A stretch of 39,051 nucleotides of DNA from a virus (lineage: Duplodnaviria > Caudoviricetes). The stretch is from IMG/VR virus record IMGVR_UViG_3300033067_002375, positions 1 through 39,051 of that record; one strand, 5' to 3'. The translations under genes were made by a program, and so were the position numbers. The notes beneath the pieces are model-generated. The model was given only the letters and a program-made list of their open reading frames with translations. It was not told the origin of the DNA and ran no database searches. How positions within the stretch are numbered: the stretch's first letter is position 1; each line of letters starts with the position of its first letter. Below are positions 1-9,547 of the stretch, piece by piece.

Positions 1-67
1 TAAATCCTGCTCCTATAATGACAGCCCTGCCTTTAGGAAACTGTTTAACGTAGTGCTTAATTTTATC

Positions 68-123
68 TGTATTATAAACGCAAAAACAATTTGTCCGATT
101 TTTAATTTCCAAATGTCCAAAAA
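68..123 (+). repeat. Phage end (tail side) with putative transposase-binding sites
   Basis: TGTAT start. TGTCC cores at 92-96 and 114-118 are 22 bp apart. TTCCAAATGTCC at 107-118 is the exact reverse complement of 38904-38915. Confidence 0.7.
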
Positions 124-176
124 TAAAATGAATTAAATGCCTTTTAAAAGCTATTCAAAGAGGCTTTAAATAATGA

Positions 177-198
177 GGCCAGGGTAGAAACCCCGGCC
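177..198 (-). terminator. Putative terminator hairpin after the last tail gene
   Basis: Minus strand GGCCGGGG-TTTCTA-CCCTGGCC, followed by TCATTATTT, about 35 nt after the stop at 233. Confidence 0.45.
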
Positions 199-232
199 GT
201 TTTACCAAAACTAACTGCTTATGAGAAAAAAT

Positions 233-1666
233 TTAATCTATAAAAATATGATCCACTGTTATTACATGCGCCACTACGCCAGCAGATGGAGCTGTACCAA
301 CTTTCTTTTTTACCAGTTGAAAAAACTCACCTGGTTGTACGAGTATTGGATTTTTAAAAGTTGAGTTAATAGGTGCTAATTGCGTAATAGCTACTAAGCC
401 AGATGCTACACTATTAGAACCAACCGGTATTCTCCTTGATGCCTTTGTATTTTGCCCCTCGGTTGTAGCTAAAGAAACAGCCGTATGGCCAGCAGCGATA
501 CTCCATTGTGCGTTATAACCACCACCTGTTAACGCAGTTTGAATAAATGAATTTATAGTTACACCATAAACAAGCATCGTTTTTCCCGGAATATTAATAG
601 TACCAACCGGGTTTTGATAGCTGCATATAATTCCATCTGTTGTTACAGCCAATGTATCGGTTTCCCAAAATTGCCCACCTAAGCCCGAGCCTAACGCTGC
701 TGTTGTATTAGTTGGCACAGCAGCCGTAGGGTTAGCACTATTTGCATAATTGGCAATAGTACCTTGTGTATGGCCAGATTGACCTTGATAGGATGCACCT
801 TGCGATGCTTTAATCATAGTGTAATCTCTTCCATTGGCAACACCAGAAACCCAAACCACATAATTACCTACTTTATACGTAGTGGCCGCAGAAGCCACTA
901 CAGCCAATATTCTAATTTGACTGCAAATAGGGGCAGATGGAGATAAAGAAATATTAGCTATTGCCGGGCCAGCAGCAATAGATGCTCTTAACTTATCATC
1001 AATATAAAAATCAACACTTCTATTATTGATGATTAATTTAATTTTAAACGTTGTGTTTAAAACCGGGGCAAATAATAAATTACCAGTACTCACCTCTACA
1101 CCTGCATTGTTAATAATGCCCTCAACTATTCCGTTACCAATTTTAAAATACACACCATCCAAAGGATTTGTAGTTGCTGTGTTTGGCACAAACCATCCAT
1201 CGTATATTTCGGTATTAGTAGCCCCAATTGCAGATAATTGCACCAATTTTTCTACATTAAGAGAACCTCCACTCGGCAATGAAAACCATTGCTTAGTTGA
1301 CTTATAAACACCCGTATTAATTGTATTAATGGCACTTGCATTTAAGTTCATAAACCCACTTGCAAAAGAAGCTGTCATTGTAACAGGTACAATCATAAAT
1401 TTACCTGTATTTTGAGCCACTGAATTAAATGTTTCCATATCCAATTCGTTATCGACACCTACAGCCAACCTATCGTCCTTACAAACTCTTGGCGATCTTA
1501 TTTGTGGTGTATTTGCATCAATATTCTCACTACCATTATCATTTTCAAAAACGCTGATAACATAGCCTGCTTTATTAATGCTTTTAGTAGGCGCAATAGT
1601 TAATTCTTTATCTGAATTTACGGTTGCTAAATCGGTACTTGACCCTGATTTTATTGGTGTACTCAT
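233..1666 (-). CDS. Putative tail fibre / receptor-binding structural protein
   Basis: 477 aa, rich in T/A/G/N with beta-strand character. Last gene of the tail operon, coupled to the collagen-like gene. Family not recognised. Confidence 0.55.
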   Translation of the reverse strand: MSTPIKSGSSTDLATVNSDKELTIAPTKSINKAGYVISVFENDNGSENIDANTPQIRSPRVCKDDRLAVGVDNELDMETFNSVAQNTGKFMIVPVTMTASFASGFMNLNASAINTINTGVYKSTKQWFSLPSGGSLNVEKLVQLSAIGATNTEIYDGWFVPNTATTNPLDGVYFKIGNGIVEGIINNAGVEVSTGNLLFAPVLNTTFKIKLIINNRSVDFYIDDKLRASIAAGPAIANISLSPSAPICSQIRILAVVASAATTYKVGNYVVWVSGVANGRDYTMIKASQGASYQGQSGHTQGTIANYANSANPTAAVPTNTTAALGSGLGGQFWETDTLAVTTDGIICSYQNPVGTINIPGKTMLVYGVTINSFIQTALTGGGYNAQWSIAAGHTAVSLATTEGQNTKASRRIPVGSNSVASGLVAITQLAPINSTFKNPILVQPGEFFQLVKKKVGTAPSAGVVAHVITVDHIFID

Positions 1667-2313
1667 TATATGGTTATTTTATAATTTATTGTGTAATTGC
1701 CACTTGCTTCATTTATTGAAGTAGCCCTAATGTCAAAACTTGTATTATCAATAATATTTTCAATGTTAAAATAAACTGCATTTAGCTTAAAATCATCCAA
1801 TGTTGTTTCATTAGTTTCAACCGGCATAAAAGTTGCCGATTTTAATAACGAATTTGTAATAATACTATCAGCAATTGTTACTACAACACTTTCGGTTTCG
1901 TTACCAAAATTAAAAACAGCAATTCCACTTATTAGGCTAATGCCTACGCCCGGATCACCTTGCAATCCCTGTGGCCCTTGCGGCCCTGTAGCACCAGTTG
2001 CTCCTGCATCACCAGTATCGCCCTTTAATCCCTGAATGCCTTGTAATCCCTGTGGCCCTTGTAGCCCTGTAGCACCAGTTGCTCCTGTATCCCCGGTATC
2101 GCCCTTTAATCCCTGAATGCCTTGTAAACCCTGCGGCCCTTGTGGCCCTATGGCACCATCATTACCCGGATCACCTTTATCGCCTTTTTCAAGTAAAACC
2201 TCCACAACACTATTATCTGCAACAACCGTTTCCATCTCTACAATACAACTACTATGCTCTACCTCTGTATCGCCAATGGTGTTGGTTTCTATTTCTAAAA
2301 TTTCGGTTGCCAT
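1666..2313 (-). CDS. Collagen-like (Gly-X-Y) fibre protein
   Basis: Continuous GXY tract ([16 protein letters not shown]...) built from a 27-aa unit repeated about 2.4 times. Confidence 0.85.
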   Translation of the reverse strand: MATEILEIETNTIGDTEVEHSSCIVEMETVVADNSVVEVLLEKGDKGDPGNDGAIGPQGPQGLQGIQGLKGDTGDTGATGATGLQGPQGLQGIQGLKGDTGDAGATGATGPQGPQGLQGDPGVGISLISGIAVFNFGNETESVVVTIADSIITNSLLKSATFMPVETNETTLDDFKLNAVYFNIENIIDNTSFDIRATSINEASGNYTINYKITI

Positions 2314-2314
2314 G

Positions 2315-2659
2315 TTAATCTATAGTTGTAAAAGTGCCACTCATTACAGGCTCTGTATTTCCGTCTTTTGTTCTTTTTATTAAATAATTATAGCTGCCAA
2401 TTGCTAATGTAAAACTTACCCCAGGTACTTCAATTATTACCTGATTGCTAACTATTGTTAAAAAATTTGTATCATCTATTTTTAAAAGTGGTGGTGTTGC
2501 ACTGGCTGCACCTTTATAAATAAGCATCTCGTACTCCCAGCCGGTAATATCAATTACTACACCCTCGGCTGTTTTACGCCTGAATTTTAGCGTAAAATCA
2601 AATAACCGTCGTTGATTTTTAAAGTCAACCTTTTGCGCTGTATCTAAATTTATAATCAT
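2315..2659 (-). CDS. Small fibre-attachment/adaptor-like protein (BppU N-terminal-like)
   Basis: 114 aa, pattern '[10 protein letters not shown]...GSYNYLI...SGTFT', typical of beta-sandwich adaptors preceding collagen fibres; inference. Confidence 0.5.
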   Translation of the reverse strand: MIINLDTAQKVDFKNQRRLFDFTLKFRRKTAEGVVIDITGWEYEMLIYKGAASATPPLLKIDDTNFLTIVSNQVIIEVPGVSFTLAIGSYNYLIKRTKDGNTEPVMSGTFTTID

Positions 2660-2841
2660 TTTAAAAACACTTTTTTACTACGGCTTATTATCTTAGTTCT
2701 GCAATATGTTACTTTCACTTTTGCAATGCCTTTTACCTCGGTGCTGTCTATTGTTTTTAGCGTAAAAACTTCTTTGCTACCGGCAAAACAAAATTGTGAG
2801 CCGGGTGCTAAATGTTCAATATTAAAGGCTTTATCTTTCAT
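2656..2841 (-). CDS. Small hypothetical protein
   Basis: 61 aa, fills the gap in the operon with an ATGA overlap to the next gene; resembles 30808-31014. Confidence 0.6.
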   Translation of the reverse strand: MKDKAFNIEHLAPGSQFCFAGSKEVFTLKTIDSTEVKGIAKVKVTYCRTKIISRSKKVFLK

Positions 2842-2847
2842 GTTTAA

Positions 2848-3855
2848 TTATGCTTGCAAAATGCCATAACCAAATAAAGATGGCTCATGTTTTTTGCAGC
2901 TATTTTTCATTTTTTGTACTACTTTTTTGTTATCCGATAAACCAGAAATTTCTTTATGGCCTGCAAATATGCCTGCTGCCGTTGGCGCACTAAACGAAGT
3001 GCCATAAGCTAATTGCACACCACCTGCATTATTAACTACATTTTGGCCGTAACCGCCACAAACAAATGTTACGCCCAATAAATTAGTATAATGATAGGTA
3101 TTATCTTCTTTTACAGCTCCTACAGCCACCGCATTTATTTTAGATGCCGGCGATACAACTGTTGATACCGATCCTCCGCTTGCATTACCTGCTGAGCAAA
3201 AAGGAATACAATTATTATCTAATAAAGAATTTATTAAAGACTGAACGGTTGCATCATCAAATTGCAGCGGCATTACTAAACAATCTAAGCCCGATGTAAT
3301 GGCCTGATTTACACCTGCCGCAAAAGAGGTAATGGTAATACCTCCTGCATCGTCCACAACTTTTATTGTATAAAAATCAACATCATTAACCACACCTTTG
3401 TGTGAGCCTACCAAACTTTTTATTACAGATGTTACCATTGTGCCATGATTAAAATTATCCAACACTCCCGGATTGGCATCTGCAAAATTAAAATTGTTTG
3501 AAAACGATAAGCCTAACACATCGTTTCTGCCGGTGTCTAAATCTCCAATTTTTACATCTCTTCCGGTAACGTTTAGCAACTCTAATTTTCGGGTGTTCGA
3601 TTGGCGTTTTATGTAGTCACCTGCCAATAGTGTGCATTTCTTCTTTTCGTCGGATGATAAGGTATAGCCATTGGCAATTAAAATTTTCTTTTCCTGCTCA
3701 TTTATATCCAATGAACAAAACTCTATTTTATCAAAAGAAAGGTTATGGCTTTTGGTAATAACAATATCTTGCGCCAATGTTGTATTGGCATCAACATATA
3801 CCCTGCCCAATAATTCTTTAGCTTTTTGCTCGTTAATATTTATTAAATACCTCAT
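2848..3855 (-). CDS. Subtilisin-like (S8) serine protease
   Basis: Catalytic motifs in order: GDLDTG (Asp), NHGT (His), SAGN (oxyanion Asn), GTSFSAP (Ser). Confidence 0.9.
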   Translation of the reverse strand: MRYLININEQKAKELLGRVYVDANTTLAQDIVITKSHNLSFDKIEFCSLDINEQEKKILIANGYTLSSDEKKKCTLLAGDYIKRQSNTRKLELLNVTGRDVKIGDLDTGRNDVLGLSFSNNFNFADANPGVLDNFNHGTMVTSVIKSLVGSHKGVVNDVDFYTIKVVDDAGGITITSFAAGVNQAITSGLDCLVMPLQFDDATVQSLINSLLDNNCIPFCSAGNASGGSVSTVVSPASKINAVAVGAVKEDNTYHYTNLLGVTFVCGGYGQNVVNNAGGVQLAYGTSFSAPTAAGIFAGHKEISGLSDNKKVVQKMKNSCKKHEPSLFGYGILQA

Positions 3856-5576
3856 TAAAAATTACTTTTTATTTTCCAATTACTGCCATCACTAACTACT
3901 GTAATGGCTTTATCGCTTACTAAAGAATATGTTGTGGCTGTACTAAAATTACCTATAGTTTGTGATGAAGTTGTGGCTATTGTATTAGCACCCGAACTGC
4001 TATTTATTATAGTAAATTGAATACCTGTTTTACCTGCTGCTGTAGGTAGCGTTATTGTATTACCTGATGAAGTGTAATTAACAACTACATTATTGAGTGT
4101 AATTGTATAATTAGAGGACTTATCAACATAATTGTACGTAACAGATCCGTTTTTTAAATTAAAACCCGACCCATCAATTCTTAAAACATTATTGGTATCT
4201 AAATTATTTCTATCTTTTACACCTAATTCAATTTTACTTCCGTCATTGTAAATTTGTGCTGTTGTTATGCTATCATAATTCATTAACGATAAACCGCCTT
4301 TGCCTAATAAATAAGAGCCACCATACAAACCATTTGTTGTGGTGCTGGCTGTATCTAAAATCTTAAACTGTCCACTATCAAATAAGGTAGAGTAACCGTT
4401 TTGGTTAATTCGTCTTTCACTTAATGTTGTATATTTTCCGTTAGTTGTATAGATTGAACTATCGGCATTACCCACAATAATACCATTGGTATCTAAAGTA
4501 GCCCATGTAGCTGCACCTGTACTTGAATTACTAATTAACACTTGCCCTGTGGTACCATAATTGCCATTTACAGCTACAGCACCAAACTCGTTAATTTGTA
4601 ACTTAACCTCTCCATTTCCATTACCTATGGCAATGGTTTTATACGACCGGCTTGGTAATACAACACCTGCTCCTATCACTGTATTATACCTGCCCGATAA
4701 ACCTAAAATTATGTTAGCTCCTACTAAGGTGTTTAACAAGCCCGATCCTAACGTTGATGCAGATGAAAATCCTACACTTGTATTAGAACCTGAAGTAGAT
4801 AAAACAGTTCCTGTGCCTGATCCAATACCCGATGCTGTAAAAGAAATACCAACAGTATTTGAAGCTGCACCTATCAATGTAAAATCAGTTGTTCCAATTG
4901 TAACTATTTCGTATGTTATACCTGCTTCAATGTCAGTAACATTCATAATACCGCCAACATTTGCTAAAGCAGAGCTACCTATAGCAGTATTATTAGTACT
5001 TTTAAAACCTGAGCCCAATGCTGTATATCCTATAGCTGTATTATGATTACCTGTTGTATTATAACTTAAACTGCCTGAGCCGAGTCCTATATTGTTTGCA
5101 CCATTTGTATTTTTTTTAAGTGCGGAAATACCTATAGCAACATTATCTCTGCCTTTATTAATAGCACCTGTTAAATAAGCTAAACTACTATCGCCAATTG
5201 CTATATTATTAATTTTATGTGCAGAGGTTCCTGATGTTAACGACATAGCACCTTTACCAATAGCAATATTTGTTACGCCCATATTAGCATCCATTGCACC
5301 ATAACCAAACGATAGATTGTTTTTTGTACTATCGTATTTTAATAAAAATTTTCCATTTCTATTTATATAAAAGTTTCCTGTACCCGATAATTTTGATACA
5401 TCTAAACTGTCGGATATTTTTGCGGTGCCAATCACATTTAATTTATAAGCGGCAGAGGGTGTTGCATTGCCTATAGTAACACTTTTTTTAGCCACCAAAT
5501 CCCCCGTTTTTAACAATTGCCCTACTGACAAAAAACTGCTTAATAAAAAAACAATTGCTATAAATACTTTTTTCAT
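3855..5576 (-). CDS. Beta-helix/adhesin-like tail fibre protein with N-terminal signal peptide
   Basis: About 14-aa N(T/I)AIG..AL repeats; 'GTTGQVLISN' and 'TITLPTAAGKTG...VVSDGSNW' fibre motifs; N-terminus MKKVFIAIVFLLSSFLSVGQ. Confidence 0.7.
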   Translation of the reverse strand: MKKVFIAIVFLLSSFLSVGQLLKTGDLVAKKSVTIGNATPSAAYKLNVIGTAKISDSLDVSKLSGTGNFYINRNGKFLLKYDSTKNNLSFGYGAMDANMGVTNIAIGKGAMSLTSGTSAHKINNIAIGDSSLAYLTGAINKGRDNVAIGISALKKNTNGANNIGLGSGSLSYNTTGNHNTAIGYTALGSGFKSTNNTAIGSSALANVGGIMNVTDIEAGITYEIVTIGTTDFTLIGAASNTVGISFTASGIGSGTGTVLSTSGSNTSVGFSSASTLGSGLLNTLVGANIILGLSGRYNTVIGAGVVLPSRSYKTIAIGNGNGEVKLQINEFGAVAVNGNYGTTGQVLISNSSTGAATWATLDTNGIIVGNADSSIYTTNGKYTTLSERRINQNGYSTLFDSGQFKILDTASTTTNGLYGGSYLLGKGGLSLMNYDSITTAQIYNDGSKIELGVKDRNNLDTNNVLRIDGSGFNLKNGSVTYNYVDKSSNYTITLNNVVVNYTSSGNTITLPTAAGKTGIQFTIINSSSGANTIATTSSQTIGNFSTATTYSLVSDKAITVVSDGSNWKIKSNF

Positions 5577-5579
5577 TTT

Positions 5580-6011
5580 TTATGATTTATATATTTTTAC
5601 TTTTGAGTTAACCCCGTTGCCAGTCCAATAAATTGTAGTTTCATCAACGCAGTAATAAGGGTTTGTTAAAATGCCCGTTTGCGTATCTGCAACCTCCACA
5701 AGTGCATTATCAAAAATATTTGTACCACCCAATGTGGTACCCATACTAAAGTTTACATCGGTAGCATCAATAACAACCACTCTATCTATCAATGTACCCG
5801 CCGGAAAAGTCCAGCTATGTACTGCGCCGTCAAATTCTAAAACACCTCTTATAGCTGTAATAATAGCCTGCAAATCAGGGTGTAAATCTGCAAAAACAAT
5901 TTTATCAAGTACGTGCCTGTACGATTCAATCCAATCATAAAATTGCTCCTGTGTTGGCTTATCGCCTGTTTCAAAAAAAGCCTTTAGCTCACCAACGGTT
6001 TTTACTGCCAT
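5580..6011 (-). CDS. Tail fibre-associated protein
   Basis: N-terminal 'LKAFFETGDKPTQEQFYDWIESY' motif typical of Bacteroidota phage tail-fibre modules; position. Confidence 0.6.
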   Translation of the reverse strand: MAVKTVGELKAFFETGDKPTQEQFYDWIESYRHVLDKIVFADLHPDLQAIITAIRGVLEFDGAVHSWTFPAGTLIDRVVVIDATDVNFSMGTTLGGTNIFDNALVEVADTQTGILTNPYYCVDETTIYWTGNGVNSKVKIYKS

Positions 6012-6799
6012 TATAATTTCATTATAAAAAGTGATACAATATAAGGTTGCAAATTATTTACAGGTGTACTGGCTCCTGGCCAAGCCTGCATGGTTTTATT
6101 ATTAAATTCACCTGCACTACTATCACCACTTGTAAAAGTATCTACACCATCCACTTTTACTAATCCTTGTGTTGCAGGTAGGCTTGGTAAGTTAGCTGGC
6201 AAAAGGGTATTTGTTTTTGTGCCGCCTGTTTCACCCATTAAATCAAATTCGGTTTGCGAACTGTCTAATTGTACAGATACTTTTCCTTGCCTGTCTTTGG
6301 TTCCGTTGTTGCCGTTACAAATAGCCCAACCAACACGGTTGTTAATGCCCAACCCGGTGCCGTCAAAATTGGCTGCTATGTAAGCAGCATCACAATCAAT
6401 TTCTTTTATATCGCCATACTGCCATGTTTCTTTTATTGTAGGCACTCTTTTTAAGTTGCTATATTGGTAAGGGCCGCCAACACTAAACCGGGCAACTCTT
6501 TCAAACCTGGTTATCTTGCCTAATCCATCGTGAAAAACAAGTGTTTCGCTGGTTTCATCAATAATAAATTCGCCACTACCAATGGCTCCACCAACAAATG
6601 GCAACAGCTCATTATTAATGCTTATCCAACCTCCCGATACATTGCCCCCTGCCTCAACCATGCCGCTTATAATAACACTATCGCCAATTAAAGCGCTCAT
6701 TGCTGCAAATGCTCCCCGGTAACTTACCTGCATCCAATCCAAGTCTTTTTGACTTAGTGGGTAACCACCTAAATATGTAAGCTGTAATCTTTTGTTCAT
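6011..6799 (-). CDS. Tail fibre protein with tail-collar-like domain
   Basis: 'GWAICNGNNGT.D..G...GETGG...L...NLP...NNLQPYIV' collar-type motif; follows the baseplate wedge genes. Confidence 0.75.
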   Translation of the reverse strand: MNKRLQLTYLGGYPLSQKDLDWMQVSYRGAFAAMSALIGDSVIISGMVEAGGNVSGGWISINNELLPFVGGAIGSGEFIIDETSETLVFHDGLGKITRFERVARFSVGGPYQYSNLKRVPTIKETWQYGDIKEIDCDAAYIAANFDGTGLGINNRVGWAICNGNNGTKDRQGKVSVQLDSSQTEFDLMGETGGTKTNTLLPANLPSLPATQGLVKVDGVDTFTSGDSSAGEFNNKTMQAWPGASTPVNNLQPYIVSLFIMKL

Positions 6800-6801
6800 G
6801 G

Positions 6802-7290
6802 TTAATAAATTTCTATTTTATAGCGTTTGCCGCAAATTTTTGTTGCTATCATAGCCCTCATTTCATTTTCGTTAAATGCCACACTTACCGGCACAAAAAC
6901 AATAAAATCAAAAAGTAAATCGCCAACTATTTCGCCCTCAGTAAAAACATATACAGGCTCAGCTTCAATATCCTGATGCAAATACAATGGCTGCAACTCT
7001 GCATCCTGATAAATGTATAATGGCTGTTCTCCATCGGGGCCATCATCAATATAAATACGACGGGCAATTGCATCAAACCTGTCGTTTAAAAATGCTTCCA
7101 TATAGCATGTTTGCCAGTTCATTTTTACCTCATACTTTTTTGCAATCCTGTAAGTCATAAACTCATTATGCAATTTAATAACAGGCTCAAAACAAGCCTT
7201 TACAAAAGCCATTAATACAGCAGTTCTTAACCGTATAGGCACAAGCCATTTAGCTAACAGGTAAAATTGTATGTTAAAAAAATTAAACAT
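6802..7290 (-). CDS. Baseplate wedge protein (P2 gpI / Mu gp48-like)
   Basis: Position after the J-like gene; 'LNDRFD...DFIVFVP' pattern. Confidence 0.6.
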   Translation of the reverse strand: MFNFFNIQFYLLAKWLVPIRLRTAVLMAFVKACFEPVIKLHNEFMTYRIAKKYEVKMNWQTCYMEAFLNDRFDAIARRIYIDDGPDGEQPLYIYQDAELQPLYLHQDIEAEPVYVFTEGEIVGDLLFDFIVFVPVSVAFNENEMRAMIATKICGKRYKIEIY

Positions 7291-8164
7291 CTTTTGCTAT
7301 CCATATTATAGTTAAATCTGCCGGATCATAAATTTTTAAATAAGCACTATCGGGTATTACTTCATCCACAACAACTGTCCAGCTTAATGCTGCGTACCTG
7401 GTTTGTGCTGATAGTATTACCGGATCAACAATTCCATCAACCGCCTGCATGGCATCCACCAATTTTGTCAGATTAAATCTGCCGTTAAATGGCAGGTTCT
7501 TTAAAAAGACATCAATGGCATCCTGCAACGGAACATTATTAACACCATCCAACCTTTGCCCAAGGCTGTTTAATACCAATGGGTTGTAATACACTTTTAA
7601 ATCCAGTTTTAACCTATCTGCATCATCGCTGGTTACTTCGCAGTAAACACCTGGGCCTTTAAAACGTGGTAAAAAAGCCCTTGCAGCAGTTAACTCAGGG
7701 ACAGGTAATTGTATCCTTTCGCCACTGCCATTTTCGCCTGCAACTTTTATTCGTACACCAAACCTGCCATTACTAAAAGCTTGCTCAATAGCTGCCGAAT
7801 ATTTTATTACCCGTCTTGCTTGTATCTCCGTATCAGTAAGGCCGGTATTATCGTACACATCTGTTTCGGCAATGGGCGTATCGCCGTATTGAAAAGTTTT
7901 TATTTTATCGGCATACTTTTTTAAAGTAGGATGGGTATAGTTAACGATGTCTGTATTTATTTCGGCCTTAAACAGATCAAAAAAAGAATACAGCACAAAC
8001 ATTACAAAAGCAACACTGTAAAAAATGATGCTTTCAATACTGGCAGGGCTAAATTCTTCCTCAAATGTTTTTCCAGGGGTAAGTGCATAGGCAGTCTGTA
8101 TATCAGTATTTGATATAAACACATCTGTAATACTTTTTTTAATTTCTGTTACTGTCTTTGCCAT
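7283..8164 (-). CDS. Baseplate J-like wedge protein
   Basis: 293 aa, C-terminal 'NLPFNGRFNLTKLVDAMQAVDGI' pattern; synteny. Confidence 0.7.
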   Translation of the reverse strand: MAKTVTEIKKSITDVFISNTDIQTAYALTPGKTFEEEFSPASIESIIFYSVAFVMFVLYSFFDLFKAEINTDIVNYTHPTLKKYADKIKTFQYGDTPIAETDVYDNTGLTDTEIQARRVIKYSAAIEQAFSNGRFGVRIKVAGENGSGERIQLPVPELTAARAFLPRFKGPGVYCEVTSDDADRLKLDLKVYYNPLVLNSLGQRLDGVNNVPLQDAIDVFLKNLPFNGRFNLTKLVDAMQAVDGIVDPVILSAQTRYAALSWTVVVDEVIPDSAYLKIYDPADLTIIWIAKDV

Positions 8165-8185
8165 AAAAATATTTTCATCCTTTTT

Positions 8186-8218
8186 CTCCCTCTCCTTTTG
8201 GAGAGGGTTGGGGTGAGG
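8186..8218 (+). repeat. REP-like GC-rich palindrome (CCCTCTCC-TTTT-GGAGAGGG-TT-GGGGTGAGG)
   Basis: Perfect 8-bp stem plus GGGGTGAGG tail in a 54-bp intergenic gap; resembles a short palindromic repeat common in bacterial chromosomes. Confidence 0.65.
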
Positions 8219-8515
8219 TTATTGTACAATAAAATCATTACCAATTATCCACCATCCAATACCTTCGCCCGATCCACCACCACCACCATAAAATGCGCCT
8301 GTTGAACTTGCAGGTATTGCCTTTTCGGTTTTAAAAACTGTTACAATATTTTCATCAACCACAGCAGGTTTTTGCAATAAAGTACCTGCTGTAAAAATTT
8401 GCGTAACTGGTAGTAAGTTGGCAAATGCCATTTGCACGGCTGCAGATGCATCACCTGCATGCTGCATAGCCAAATCCAAAAAACATTGCCCTTCACGAAC
8501 GGTTATAGTCTGCAT
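8219..8515 (-). CDS. LysM-like baseplate/tail protein (P2 gpX-like)
   Basis: 'TVREGQCFLDLAMQHAG' LysM-like start; synteny. Confidence 0.65.
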   Translation of the reverse strand: MQTITVREGQCFLDLAMQHAGDASAAVQMAFANLLPVTQIFTAGTLLQKPAVVDENIVTVFKTEKAIPASSTGAFYGGGGGSGEGIGWWIIGNDFIVQ

Positions 8516-8819
8516 CTATAAATAAATTATCTACACTCGAAAATTTTATATCATTTACTCTTTGCTCATCCAATTCAAGATTGATCCTTATTTTACGCCG
8601 CCATTCCAAATAATCATTATCCAGTAAAATATCTTCAATACCAACACCCAAAACAGGTTCCTGCTTAAACTCACCTTTCCTACTGATTAATATCAGCCCT
8701 GTATTTTGATTAATGGTTTTCCCTATTAAAACACCACTTACAATTTTGCCGGTTGCATCCCTTTCCGGTTGCACCTTTAATTCAAAATCATCATTCAATA
8801 AAAAACCTGTTCCCCTCAT
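8493..8819 (-). CDS. gp25/gpW-like baseplate protein (sheath initiator)
   Basis: 'KGEFKQEPVLGVGI' resembles the gp25-family GE...P..G motif; synteny. Confidence 0.65.
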   Translation of the reverse strand: MRGTGFLLNDDFELKVQPERDATGKIVSGVLIGKTINQNTGLILISRKGEFKQEPVLGVGIEDILLDNDYLEWRRKIRINLELDEQRVNDIKFSSVDNLFIDADYNRS

Positions 8820-9040
8820 TATGTAATTTTTACAGTTATTGGGCCTGATGCTATTACCGCTGTTGCACCTGATTGTTGCAGGCTGCCTGCTTGATAAACA
8901 CCATCCCCACTTTTTACAAAAGCATCTATCAGGTTGCTAAGCCTGGTTGCATATTCAGCATCTGAATTTGTATCACGGGTTCTCATATCCGTTAATAAAT
9001 TTTCAATCCCTGTTTTTAATGTTGCTTTATCTAATGGCAT
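8819..9040 (-). CDS. Small baseplate-region protein
   Basis: 73 aa, tightly packed in the operon after the spike gene. Confidence 0.6.
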   Translation of the reverse strand: MPLDKATLKTGIENLLTDMRTRDTNSDAEYATRLSNLIDAFVKSGDGVYQAGSLQQSGATAVIASGPITVKIT

Positions 9041-9043
9041 AAC

Positions 9044-9547
9044 CTATTTTAAAATCATTTTAAATGTGGTTTCAAAATCAACAATACCAACCATTGTGGT
9101 AGGTATTGGGCCAGATGATACACCCGATGGCGTAAACTCTTTGAAATTCTTTAGCAGATCGGCCAGCTTTTGAAAAACGGTTTTTAATGAAGTACTGCCG
9201 TTTTCAATTTTAACTTTACCATCTGTACTATCAATAAGCACTTTTAAACCATCCTGCTCATATTGCAGCTTTGCCACCTCATCAACCTTTAACACCGCCA
9301 AATCTTTCAAATCGCCTGTTAAAGAGCCAATCAATACCATTGTACCAATCTTTGGCTCAATAATAATCTTATTGGTTTCGCCATTAATGGTTGCCTTTAA
9401 CCTTACCTCATCCAGCTCTATGGTATCAACCATTACAGTGCAGCTCTCACCATCTACACTTACCACTTTCGCATTAAAAAGCGGCAATGCCTCAGTGCCT
9501 TTATTCAAACCCCGTAATTGATCAGCCAGCTTTTTATATCTATCCAT
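9044..9547 (-). CDS. Baseplate spike protein (gpV / Mu gp45-like)
   Basis: OB-fold-like N-terminus (AKVVSVDGESCTV...PKIGTMVLI), beta-rich C-terminus ending TPSGVSSGP. Confidence 0.7.
   Translation of the reverse strand: MDRYKKLADQLRGLNKGTEALPLFNAKVVSVDGESCTVMVDTIELDEVRLKATINGETNKIIIEPKIGTMVLIGSLTGDLKDLAVLKVDEVAKLQYEQDGLKVLIDSTDGKVKIENGSTSLKTVFQKLADLLKNFKEFTPSGVSSGPIPTTMVGIVDFETTFKMILK

Noticed and set aside
54-73. Alternative left end at TG 54
   Set aside because: Weaker match to the other end than TGTAT at 68, and it gives no target duplication either.
1966-2150. 81-bp internal duplication
   Set aside because: Explained by the collagen GXY repeat; not a separate element.
233-6799. Invertible tail-fibre segment (Gin) or diversity-generating retroelement
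   Set aside because: No invertase or reverse transcriptase, all genes co-oriented, and no template/variable repeat pair noticed.
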